NCBI GenBank assembly: GCA_937858275.1
Contig: CALLZK010000021.1
Location: forward strand, 1-45,370
Source of the DNA: an uncultured bacterium
GTDB lineage: Bacteria; Patescibacteriota; Minisyncoccia; Phycocordibacterales; JAACPR01
Direction: 5' to 3'
Length of the DNA: 45,370 bases
Shown: positions 25,195 to 34,334 of the stretch, one piece after another
Layout: each line of letters opens with the position of its first letter
Position numbering within the stretch: position 1 is the first letter of the stretch
The notes under the pieces: generated by a model
Told to the model about the DNA's origin: nothing
Seen by the model: only the letters and a program-made list of their open reading frames with translations
Databases searched by the model: none
Made by a program: the position numbers and the translations under genes

Positions 25195-26937
25195 CTACAT
25201 AAAATCAACAATTCTTAGCCTAAGTTCGGTAATTCTGCCAAAATTTGATTTTTCAATATTTACTAATAAATCTACATTTTGACCGGATTTTATTTCATTC
25301 ATATTTTTTTCTTCCAAAGCAAAAAATTTTATTGCTGAAATTTTTTTTCCATCTTTTTTCTTAAAAATTAATTTGAGATGTTTTTTTTCTTTACCAAAAT
25401 AAGAAACTTCATCGACTCTTAAATTTTTTAATAAAAATAAAGGCTTTTCATTTCCAACCCCAAATGGTGCTAGTTTTTGTACTTCATTAAAAAAATTAAA
25501 ATTAATATCCTCTAGAGTAATTTCTGCATCAACAACAAAATCAGATTCAACATCATGATTTTTCACTTTTTCATAAGCAGATTGCAAACCATCATCCAAA
25601 TCAAATATTCCTTTTTCTTTCACCACAAATCCGCCTGCCATCATGTGTCCACCATATTCACCAATTATTCCATCTGGCACATTATTCATCAAATCAACCA
25701 AATTAACTTCACCATTTGAACGACAAGATCCTTTATAATCCGTCCCCTCACCCCTACCCCACAAAAAAACTGGCTTATTATAAGTTTCAACAATATTACT
25801 TGCCGCAAGACCCAAAAGAGATGGAGACCAGTTTGGATTACCTTTAACAATTATTTTTTTATTTGAAAAATCCATTTCCTTAAAATCTTTTTTTATTTCT
25901 TTTACCATTGAAGCAACAACACCCTTTCTCTCATCATTAATTTTGTGTAGATGTTTTACGGTTAATTCGGCTTCATGATCATCTTTTGTAAATAACATTT
26001 TGTAAGCAATTTCTGGTTCACCCATTCTAGAAGCCGCATTTATTCTTGGAGAAATAGAAAATCCAACATCATCCTCCACAATCAAATTCTGATCAATTTT
26101 GCATTCTTTGAGCAATCTTCGAAAACCCTTTCGCGGAGATTTTCTCATAACCAACAAGCCATATTTTGCAAAAATCCTATTTTCACCAACAAGCGGAACC
26201 ATATCAGACAAGGTCGCTATTCCAACCATATCAAGAAGCCATTTTTCCCATCCAATATTTGGCCAATTATCTTTTAAAATAAAATTTTCATCCTTTAAGA
26301 TCTTTTCTCTACCTTTCAAAATAAGTGCTTGTACAACCTTAAAAATAACACCGGAACCGCAAATATTTTTGTCTGAATATTTACAATCTTTTTGTTTTGG
26401 ATTTATGACTGCTAATGCTTTTGAAACATGATCATTTGGATCGTGATGATCTGTTACAATAACATCAATTCCAGATAAAACTGCTTTTTCTATTTGATCA
26501 ACATCTGTTATTCCACAATCAATTGTTATTATAAGATTAGCTTTTTCTTCTGTAATTTTTTTTATAGCTGAAAAATTTAATCCAAAACCTTCTCTATTTC
26601 TGTGTGGAATATAAACAAAAAAATTTTTAAAATTTATTTTGTCAAAAAAATCTGACAAAATTACTGCTCCAGGAATTCCATCAGCATCATAATCACTGTA
26701 AATACATATTTTTTGATTTTCAAAAATTGCTTGAAAAATTCTATCTGTAGCAATTTGTATATCTTTTAACAAAAAAGGATCGCCGGAATTTAATTCATAA
26801 TTTATATTCAAAAATTCTTCTGCCGACCGAACATCTTTGAATCCGCGATGGTATAAAAGGTGGGCCAAAATATCTGAATATTTATTCAAGTTTTTTCTAT
26901 CTGATTGAGTAATTTGTGGAAGAATTTTGTAAGACAT
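25195..26937 (-). CDS. recJ: Single-stranded-DNA-specific exonuclease RecJ
   Basis: YSDYDADG, ITIDCG, VTDHH, SPRINAASR and GGHMMAGG. Confidence 0.97.
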   Translation of the reverse strand: MSYKILPQITQSDRKNLNKYSDILAHLLYHRGFKDVRSAEEFLNINYELNSGDPFLLKDIQIATDRIFQAIFENQKICIYSDYDADGIPGAVILSDFFDKINFKNFFVYIPHRNREGFGLNFSAIKKITEEKANLIITIDCGITDVDQIEKAVLSGIDVIVTDHHDPNDHVSKALAVINPKQKDCKYSDKNICGSGVIFKVVQALILKGREKILKDENFILKDNWPNIGWEKWLLDMVGIATLSDMVPLVGENRIFAKYGLLVMRKSPRKGFRRLLKECKIDQNLIVEDDVGFSISPRINAASRMGEPEIAYKMLFTKDDHEAELTVKHLHKINDERKGVVASMVKEIKKDFKEMDFSNKKIIVKGNPNWSPSLLGLAASNIVETYNKPVFLWGRGEGTDYKGSCRSNGEVNLVDLMNNVPDGIIGEYGGHMMAGGFVVKEKGIFDLDDGLQSAYEKVKNHDVESDFVVDAEITLEDINFNFFNEVQKLAPFGVGNEKPLFLLKNLRVDEVSYFGKEKKHLKLIFKKKDGKKISAIKFFALEEKNMNEIKSGQNVDLLVNIEKSNFGRITELRLRIVDFM

Positions 26938-27009
26938 TATATTTTAAATCGAATTATTGTATCATATAACAATTAAAGAAATATTAAAAATAATAATAAG
27001 AAAAACAAA

Positions 27010-27417
27010 ATGGAAAAAACAATTTTTGAAAAAATAGTAGATGGAGAAATACCTTGTGCCAAAGTATATGAAGATGATAGCACATTGGCCTTTTTAGACA
27101 TTAACCCAAATTCAAAAGGTCATACATTATTAATACCAAAAAAACTCTACAAAGACATTTATCAATTAGATGAAAACATATCAGCGATTATGATGAAAAA
27201 TGTTGTCAAAATTTCAAAAGCGATCAAAAAAGGATTGGTCTGTGATGGTATAAATATTGTTATGAATAATGAATCATCGGCAGGTCAAATAATTTTTCAT
27301 GCACACATTCACATAATTCCTCGATACAAAAATGATGGCGGGTATTGGAATAAAAAAATAAATTATTCAGAATTAGAAAAAGAAGAAATTATCAAAAAAA
27401 TAACAGAAAATTTATAA
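27010..27417 (+). CDS. HIT family protein
   Basis: IFEKIVDGEIPC, GHTLLIPK and HAHIHIIP histidine triad. Confidence 0.96.
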   Translation: MEKTIFEKIVDGEIPCAKVYEDDSTLAFLDINPNSKGHTLLIPKKLYKDIYQLDENISAIMMKNVVKISKAIKKGLVCDGINIVMNNESSAGQIIFHAHIHIIPRYKNDGGYWNKKINYSELEKEEIIKKITENL

Positions 27418-27506
27418 AATTAAATAAAATTTAAAACAAAATTAAATATTTCAAAAACACAATCTGATACATTTCAATTAGAAATGTACAACAAAAGGAG
27501 TAGTTT

Positions 27507-27608
27507 ATGATCTTCGAGATTTTTTATTTTATTTATGCAAGCACTTGTCTTTTAACTTCTTTATTTTTTGCTTTTTTCATAATAAAAACAATAATCATAG
27601 AAGAATAA
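27507..27608 (+). CDS. Candidate 33-aa hydrophobic small protein
   Basis: AAGGAG SD 6 nt before the ATG; MIFEIFYFIYASTCLLTSLFFAFFIIKTIIIEE; a terminator follows immediately. Confidence 0.45.
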   Translation: MIFEIFYFIYASTCLLTSLFFAFFIIKTIIIEE

Positions 27609-27613
27609 AGATT

Positions 27614-27643
27614 GAGCCACAAAATATTTGTGGCTCTTTTTTT
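27614..27643 (+). terminator. Intrinsic terminator
   Basis: GAGCCACAAA-ATA-TTTGTGGCTC followed by T7. Confidence 0.88.
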
Positions 27644-27649
27644 AAAAAA

Positions 27650-28429
27650 CTAAATTGATTCAACAACTTTTAAAATGTCATTAAACACAAATGGATTTAG
27701 GCTTGATCTACCAACCAAAAAACCGTCGACTTCGCCTTCGCAAATCAATTCCTTACAATTTTCCGCATCAATACTTCCGCCATACAAAATCGGAATTGAC
27801 ATTGCCGTTTTTCTGTCATAAATATCAGATAATATTTTTTTGATATATAAATTGATTTGATGTAATTCGTGCCCAGAAATAGCATTGTGACCTTTGCCAA
27901 TTGCCCAAACCGGTTCATAAGCGATTAAAATTTTTCTAACCTCGAGCATCGATAGCAGTGAAAGAGAGTCTCTTATTTGTTGTTCAATAAATCTAAGATA
28001 TTTACCAGAATTATCTCGTTCAATCTCACCAATACACAATATTGGAATAATTTTTGATTCTATTGAATTTTTTAATTTTAAAGAAACCACCTGATCTGAT
28101 TCGCCATTTTTTCTTCGCTCAGAATGTCCAACTATGGAAAATTTGATTCCAATATTTTTTAATATTTCCGGAGAAACATCACCAGTTGATTCGTCATCAT
28201 TTTTTACCGACACATCCTGAACCCCAAATGAAAATCTAGATCCGGAATATTTTTCAATCATTTCTCGAATAAAAATTGTTGGCGGACACAAAACACATAA
28301 TGTATTTTTTAATTTTAAATTACTTTTTTTTAGATCCAGAAAAATCTTTTTTGCATCATTATAATTTTTTGGATTAGTTTTCCAATTAGCAACAACTATT
28401 TTTTTATTTACTATAATATTTTTTTTCAT
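27650..28429 (-). CDS. tpiA: Triosephosphate isomerase
   Basis: VANWK, GHSERR, AYEPVWAIG and LYGGS. Confidence 0.97.
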   Translation of the reverse strand: MKKNIIVNKKIVVANWKTNPKNYNDAKKIFLDLKKSNLKLKNTLCVLCPPTIFIREMIEKYSGSRFSFGVQDVSVKNDDESTGDVSPEILKNIGIKFSIVGHSERRKNGESDQVVSLKLKNSIESKIIPILCIGEIERDNSGKYLRFIEQQIRDSLSLLSMLEVRKILIAYEPVWAIGKGHNAISGHELHQINLYIKKILSDIYDRKTAMSIPILYGGSIDAENCKELICEGEVDGFLVGRSSLNPFVFNDILKVVESI

Positions 28430-28485
28430 CTGATTTTCATTTAATAACTACTTAATCTTAACATTTTTAAAACAAGTTTTAAATA

Positions 28486-29952
28486 TTATTTAACTTCTTC
28501 CCAAGAAATTGTTTGATAATTGTCAGATGTTAGTGGAAATTGTGGAGGTGGGCCATATAACAAATTAGCATCGTAATTTATATTTCGAATGGAATATCCT
28601 GTACCATCAGCATAAGCAAAGCCATATCTGTTTTTTGTGGCAATCATTCCATATAAAGTTATGGTATTTTTTTGATGATGAGGAGAACATGCAGAATTAA
28701 AACTATAAGGACCGCGATAATAATGTCTTCCAATTCTACCGTTTTGTGCAATTAAAGCAGAATCTATTCTTAAATTTGTGGCACTAAACAATCCAATATT
28801 TATATTATTTTGTGCAATTAAACCAATTACATCTGATCCGTCGTAATTTGTATACAAAAGATTTTCGTTTATGATTATATTTCTCCAATTAGAAGACACA
28901 TCAGGAAATCTACCAGCGGCAATATTAAGTCTTGCTCCATTTATTTGTCCAGAAATCCAAAGATGATCCTCAACAAAAATTATACCGTTTGATGGAAAAT
29001 TATAACTTCCAATAAAAACACTGTTTTGAATTGACCATGTACCCCAACCTTCTTGATTTTGATTATTCGTGCAAGTGCTGTGAGGAACGGGCATCAATGA
29101 GGTAACCCTATAAAGATCAAGTGTGTCATCAGTTTTTAAAACCATTCTATAACCCAAACCACCAGACTCGGCAAAATAAAGTCCACCATTTTGAGAAAGA
29201 TTTTTTAAATCGGCCAAATTACTAATCATTCCAGAAAAATCAACTGCAGGAACCGGAAATTGTCTGCCCGCTCTAAAAACATCAAATCTATCTGGCACAT
29301 TCGCCGGCGGAAGTGGATCAATTGGACTTAAATGTGTGTGAACGCCAAATTCATTTGGCCCAGTATGATCTGGATCGTCATAATCAGCTCTAGAACTTGT
29401 AACAACATTATGAGAAAGACCATCAAAACGAATTCCACCATTTGAATGTATCGGACCAAAAACTTCTGTCCCCTCCCCAAATCTCATATCTGAATCTGAT
29501 ACGAAAGCATATTTTGCAAAAGAAGGTTTTGCTAATTGAACACGAATTTTTCGACTAACATCAGAATTTGTAGAAACAAATCCAGTTGACTCTATCGTGA
29601 CAATAGTTGTTCCATTTTGTGGGGGTATAATATTTAAAGAAAATTGACCGATAACATTCCCGTCCTTATCAAAAACATCATGAATGTATGGTCCTGGCTG
29701 ATCAGTTCCATTTGTAAAATCATTTGGAGCATGAGCCAAATGCCAACGATAATATTCTATTCCGGATTCAGCAATATGAAATGCCTGCTCTTTAGCAATC
29801 AAAATCAGAGAAGTTTTAAAAACAATTGCAAACCAACTTGTCAAAGCAACAATAAGAGAAATTGTAATTATTGCAAAAACTAAAGTTGTAGACAAAATAA
29901 CTCCTCTTTTTTTTGATGCATTAAAAAAAATTTTGTTTTTATTATCAATCAT
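28486..29952 (-). CDS. PilX-like type IV minor pilin or assembly protein
   Basis: KKRGVILSTTLVFAII leader, QAFHIAESGIEYYRWHL and C-terminal YDANLLYGPPP..WEE. Confidence 0.8.
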   Translation of the reverse strand: MIDNKNKIFFNASKKRGVILSTTLVFAIITISLIVALTSWFAIVFKTSLILIAKEQAFHIAESGIEYYRWHLAHAPNDFTNGTDQPGPYIHDVFDKDGNVIGQFSLNIIPPQNGTTIVTIESTGFVSTNSDVSRKIRVQLAKPSFAKYAFVSDSDMRFGEGTEVFGPIHSNGGIRFDGLSHNVVTSSRADYDDPDHTGPNEFGVHTHLSPIDPLPPANVPDRFDVFRAGRQFPVPAVDFSGMISNLADLKNLSQNGGLYFAESGGLGYRMVLKTDDTLDLYRVTSLMPVPHSTCTNNQNQEGWGTWSIQNSVFIGSYNFPSNGIIFVEDHLWISGQINGARLNIAAGRFPDVSSNWRNIIINENLLYTNYDGSDVIGLIAQNNINIGLFSATNLRIDSALIAQNGRIGRHYYRGPYSFNSACSPHHQKNTITLYGMIATKNRYGFAYADGTGYSIRNINYDANLLYGPPPQFPLTSDNYQTISWEEVK

Positions 29953-29961
29953 AAATATATT

Positions 29962-30576
29962 TTATAAATTATCTTTCAAATTTCTAATTGAAACTTGTGT
30001 TGTTATTTCAATTGGTCCGGGTGGCTGATTTGGATCTGAATCTATAACCAAAACAACTTTAACTAATCTAACTTCTGAAGGATTAACTGGTTGAGAAATT
30101 GATTGTGAATTCTGGCCATCATAATTTGAATCAAAATAATAAAAAATATCTTGAGGAATAATATCTCTAATAACTTTTGTAATTTGTTCTTGTGATAAAT
30201 TATAGCCCAAAGGATTTCCAGACGGCTTTAATACACCCCTTTTAAAATCTGTACCATCCAAAAAATATCGCATCCTTTCTTTTAATCCATCATTATCTAT
30301 ATCAGAATAAAATATAAATTCTGTAGCAGATGCTTTTTCGATGGGATATGAACCAAGACTTGAAGGTGTTGCACTTCTAACTTCATTTACAAAAGGTTTA
30401 ATAAGTTTTTTTGCTTCTGACTGATTTTGTAATCCGGTTTGAATAAATCTAGTTAAAGAAAAAACATCAGATTGAAAACCCGCAACAGCAACAATAATCA
30501 AAGAAAAAACAAAAACTGACACTATTGTTTCTATCAAAGTAAATCCTTTTTTTGTTTTTTTAAAATCTAAAATCAT
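29962..30576 (-). CDS. Prepilin-type minor pilin (PilW/PulJ-like)
   Basis: KKGFTLIETIV class III signal; ATG 30576 overlaps the upstream TGA (ATGA). Confidence 0.85.
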   Translation of the reverse strand: MILDFKKTKKGFTLIETIVSVFVFSLIIVAVAGFQSDVFSLTRFIQTGLQNQSEAKKLIKPFVNEVRSATPSSLGSYPIEKASATEFIFYSDIDNDGLKERMRYFLDGTDFKRGVLKPSGNPLGYNLSQEQITKVIRDIIPQDIFYYFDSNYDGQNSQSISQPVNPSEVRLVKVVLVIDSDPNQPPGPIEITTQVSIRNLKDNL

Positions 30577-32366
30577 GGCGATAAAATTACTTGATATTCT
30601 GACCACGGAGAATTTATCGGAATTTGAATTTGAAAATCCTGATAAATTGAATGACTGACATTTAAATTATAATTTCCATTACTTAAACCAGAAAAAAAGA
30701 CTTGTCCTGGTGGCAAAAAATTCTCGGAAAATGTAATTGAAATATTTGAAAGAATTGGTGTAACAGAATTATCGTCTGTCTCCATGTAGATTTTATACTT
30801 AAAATATCTATCACCAAAATGAGATGCCGAAATTGGTTGTCCACTGGTAGTATAAAAAGTTTCAGATGTTCCGTCCGGACCCAAAAAATTCCATGTGGTT
30901 GTGGCAGTAATTTCTTGATTTGTAGCAAATTGAATTTTTAGACTTTCATCCCCAGACAAAACCGGCTGATCTGCCGGATCCCAAAAAATATTACTAAAAT
31001 TAGTACTTGTTCCCGTATCAAAAATTGCAGATTCTAAAAAGCCAGATGATTGATAGTTCCCGGCAAATTGTGATAGTGATATTTGTCCTTGTGGATTATT
31101 TGTATCAATATCACTACTAGAAAAATAACCTGAATTATTTGAACTAAAATATTCCTGACCTTGTCCAAATGACCAATCTGTTTGATTTAAAAAACCTCTT
31201 TCAGTTATCAATTCTTTAAATCCCCCTGGACCATCAATTGAAACATTTGCTCCAGAGACCGGAAGATTGGTTTGACCATCAATCACCTTTATCAAAAGTC
31301 CATTTTGATTTTTTGATTCTAAAATCAAATCAATTACATAGCTAGAATTTGGGTTAATTTGTATAGGCAAAAAAGGATTTGAGCCAGCAAAATGCCAATT
31401 TGTATCTAATATTTCTATATAATAATTATCCCACTCAAGACCGACAATTTCCAAAAAACCGTTAGAATTGGTTGTTTTGTTAAGATTATATTTATAAACA
31501 TTTTCACCGATAGTTTTTGAACCTCGAATATTAAATTCAATATTTGGAATTCTTTCTCCTGTTTTTGTTCTGGTGTAAATATCTAAATTACTTAATCTGT
31601 CTATTGAAAAACTTATTTGTGTAACTTGTCCAACTGCCACAGTAGAATGAGGTTTGTGTGGACTTGGATTTGAAATGTCGCCTATCGCATAAGTTTTATC
31701 ATTTGAAAAATTTGAACCATTAGACACACTAATTTCATAAGCAGAAACTCCGGGCGGAGCATCAACAAGTTGAAACATTCCAAAATTATTAGTTGTTTCA
31801 TTTATGGAAATAGTAGATGTGCCCTGGGTATTTAAAATAGAAACATTTGCCCCAGAAAGAGGTTGTCCGTTAGCATCAAAAACCTGAACAAACAAAGCCC
31901 CGTTGTTGCTGTTGGTTTCAAGTCCTAGTGGAGCGATTTTTGTATAAAAATCCATTTTTTCTTTAAATACACAATTTTGACACCAGATAGTTATTTGAAC
32001 CATTTTATAATCTGCAGGAGATAAATCATTTGGGCTTCCACCAATTGTTCCATCAAACGGATCATCAATATTTCTAATACTTGTTAAAACTGAAAAATTT
32101 ATTCCAGCCCTTTCAACTAACTGCTCTCTTTGTATTTTTCCATTTGGAATTCCATCTATTATTCCAACATCAGAATATGGTAAATTACGAATTATTTCAA
32201 TTTGCTCATTAGCCAAATTTACTGCCGTATTTTTTATTCTCAAAACCTTTACAGCTTCAATTATTTTTAAAAAACCACTATATGCAGGTATTGCAACTAA
32301 TACAAAAATAGTTACACCAATAAGTGTTTCAAACAAAGTAAAACCTTTTTGTTTTAAAAAAATCAT
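30573..32366 (-). CDS. Large prepilin-type protein (PilV-like) with beta-sandwich (carboxypeptidase-regulatory-like) domains
   Basis: QKGFTLFETLIG; VQVFDANGQPLSGANVSI and KVIDGQTNLPVSGANVSI. Confidence 0.85.
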   Translation of the reverse strand: MIFLKQKGFTLFETLIGVTIFVLVAIPAYSGFLKIIEAVKVLRIKNTAVNLANEQIEIIRNLPYSDVGIIDGIPNGKIQREQLVERAGINFSVLTSIRNIDDPFDGTIGGSPNDLSPADYKMVQITIWCQNCVFKEKMDFYTKIAPLGLETNSNNGALFVQVFDANGQPLSGANVSILNTQGTSTISINETTNNFGMFQLVDAPPGVSAYEISVSNGSNFSNDKTYAIGDISNPSPHKPHSTVAVGQVTQISFSIDRLSNLDIYTRTKTGERIPNIEFNIRGSKTIGENVYKYNLNKTTNSNGFLEIVGLEWDNYYIEILDTNWHFAGSNPFLPIQINPNSSYVIDLILESKNQNGLLIKVIDGQTNLPVSGANVSIDGPGGFKELITERGFLNQTDWSFGQGQEYFSSNNSGYFSSSDIDTNNPQGQISLSQFAGNYQSSGFLESAIFDTGTSTNFSNIFWDPADQPVLSGDESLKIQFATNQEITATTTWNFLGPDGTSETFYTTSGQPISASHFGDRYFKYKIYMETDDNSVTPILSNISITFSENFLPPGQVFFSGLSNGNYNLNVSHSIYQDFQIQIPINSPWSEYQVILSP

Positions 32367-32374
32367 TACAATTA

Positions 32375-33007
32375 CTATTTTAACTCTTTTTTTAAAATTT
32401 CGAAATCTTTTTTTAGATCTGGCAATGTGTTTCTGTTATAAATAGCTACAGCCGGATGATACAAAGGAATTATTTTAAGTTGAATATTTTCCCCAAAAAA
32501 ACTTGTGGTATTTTTTACTTCAAATTTTTGACCATGTATTTTGCTTATAGTATTAAGTTCTTTTTTCAAATCAAACTTTTCCATAACATACTTCATGGAA
32601 AATCTACCAAGTGTGGCAATAATTTCTGGTTTTATAATTTGTATTTGTTTATCCAAAAATGGTCCATAAAGTTTTATTTCTTCCGGCTTTGGATCACGAT
32701 TATTTGTTGGTCTATCTTTTATAATATTTGTTACATAAACATCTTCACGAGAAATGGAAATATGTTTTAATAATTCATCCAAAATTTTTCCCGATGCACC
32801 ACAAAAAGGTTGTCCAGTTTTTGCCTCATTTTTACCCGGAGCTTCACCAATAAACATAATTTTTGCATCATGATTACCACTACCAATTACCGGAAAAGAC
32901 TTGTTGGTAATTCTTTCAGCATAAAGTGGTGATTTTTTTAAATTAAAAATATCATCGCGAATTTTTTTCATTTCAGAAAGTTTTGATGAAAATTTTTGTT
33001 GTTTCAT
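32375..33007 (-). CDS. udg: Uracil-DNA glycosylase, family 4
   Basis: FIGEAPG, GQPFCGASG, VTNIIKDRP and LYHPAVAIY; ATG at 33007. Confidence 0.93.
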   Translation of the reverse strand: MKQQKFSSKLSEMKKIRDDIFNLKKSPLYAERITNKSFPVIGSGNHDAKIMFIGEAPGKNEAKTGQPFCGASGKILDELLKHISISREDVYVTNIIKDRPTNNRDPKPEEIKLYGPFLDKQIQIIKPEIIATLGRFSMKYVMEKFDLKKELNTISKIHGQKFEVKNTTSFFGENIQLKIIPLYHPAVAIYNRNTLPDLKKDFEILKKELK

Positions 33008-33061
33008 TATCAATAAATAATAACATAAAAAATATGCAATTTTATTTATTTTTTGAATAGT

Positions 33062-34282
33062 CTAAATTCCCTCAACCAAACTATACATAGGACCAATCAT
33101 AGATATCGCAAAAAAACCGACCACGACACCAACAAGAACCATCAGAACTGGTTCAATAATAGTAGAAATATTTTTTGTTTTTTGATCAACTTCACTTTCA
33201 TAAAAATCTGCAACTTCCAAAAGCATATTTCCCATTTCGCCAGTTTCTTCTCCAACAGCCATCATTTCACCAACAAAAGCCGGAAACAAATCATCGTTTT
33301 CAGAAAAAACTTTTGAAATTGGCAAACCCATTTGAATATTTTTTTCTGCCTTTTCAATTACTTTTTTATAATAGACATTTTGTATAACTTCTCTGGTTAT
33401 TTCAAGTGAGCGAGTAAAAGGAACTCCGGCCCCAAGCAAAGCAGATAATGTTCTGGTTGTTCTTGCAGAGTTTATTTCTTTTACTAAAGGAGATATTAAG
33501 GGGGATTTAATTAAAAATAAATGAAAATATTTTTTTCCATCTTTGGTTTTTAAAATAAATGAAAATAAAGTAAAAATTAAAAAAATTAAAATTATCACAA
33601 CAATCAAATTGTTTTGAAAAAAGTCACTTAATGCAATTATAAATTTTGTACTAGCCGGAAGTTCTATATTTAATTCAGCAAAAGTACTTGTCAGTGTTGG
33701 CACAACATAAATTAACATAAAAAAACCTATCAATATCATTGCCCCGATTATTACAGCTGGATAAATCATTGCACCTTTAACTTTTTTCTTTAACAAATAA
33801 TTTTTTTCCATTTGCTCTGCTGTAACTTTTAGAGATTGCACCAAATTTCCAGATTCTTCACCGGCTTTAATCATTGAAATCATCAAAGAAGTGAAAATTT
33901 TGGGAAAAGTTCCAAGAGCATCAGACAAACTTGACCCCTTTTTTACTTTGTCATTTATTATCTCCAAAATAGATTTTAATTTTTTATTTTTGGCTTGTCT
34001 TTGCATCACAGCCAATGCTCTAGTCAAAGGTAAACCGGCATTTATCATTGCTCCCAAGTTTCTATACATTATTATTTTGTCATGTTCAGAAATTCTACCA
34101 AAACTTTTTAGATATTCATTAACTGATTTTAAACCAAATTTTGAAACCGGCTCTGCAGATATTAGACTCAGTTTTTCAGATTTTAATTCTTTACTCAAGG
34201 AAAATTCATTTTCGGATTCTTTTGTTCCAATAATTAATTCTCCGTTTTGATTTATTGCTTTATAATTAAATTTAATGACCAT
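33062..34282 (-). CDS. pilC: Type IV pilus platform protein PilC (GspF family)
   Basis: AGEESGNL, KVKGAMIYP and AVGEETG; three TM segments. Confidence 0.95.
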   Translation of the reverse strand: MVIKFNYKAINQNGELIIGTKESENEFSLSKELKSEKLSLISAEPVSKFGLKSVNEYLKSFGRISEHDKIIMYRNLGAMINAGLPLTRALAVMQRQAKNKKLKSILEIINDKVKKGSSLSDALGTFPKIFTSLMISMIKAGEESGNLVQSLKVTAEQMEKNYLLKKKVKGAMIYPAVIIGAMILIGFFMLIYVVPTLTSTFAELNIELPASTKFIIALSDFFQNNLIVVIILIFLIFTLFSFILKTKDGKKYFHLFLIKSPLISPLVKEINSARTTRTLSALLGAGVPFTRSLEITREVIQNVYYKKVIEKAEKNIQMGLPISKVFSENDDLFPAFVGEMMAVGEETGEMGNMLLEVADFYESEVDQKTKNISTIIEPVLMVLVGVVVGFFAISMIGPMYSLVEGI

Positions 34283-34334
34283 TTTTTATTCTTCTAATTA
34301 TAACATCTAAAAAATAAATTTAGAAAAAGATATA

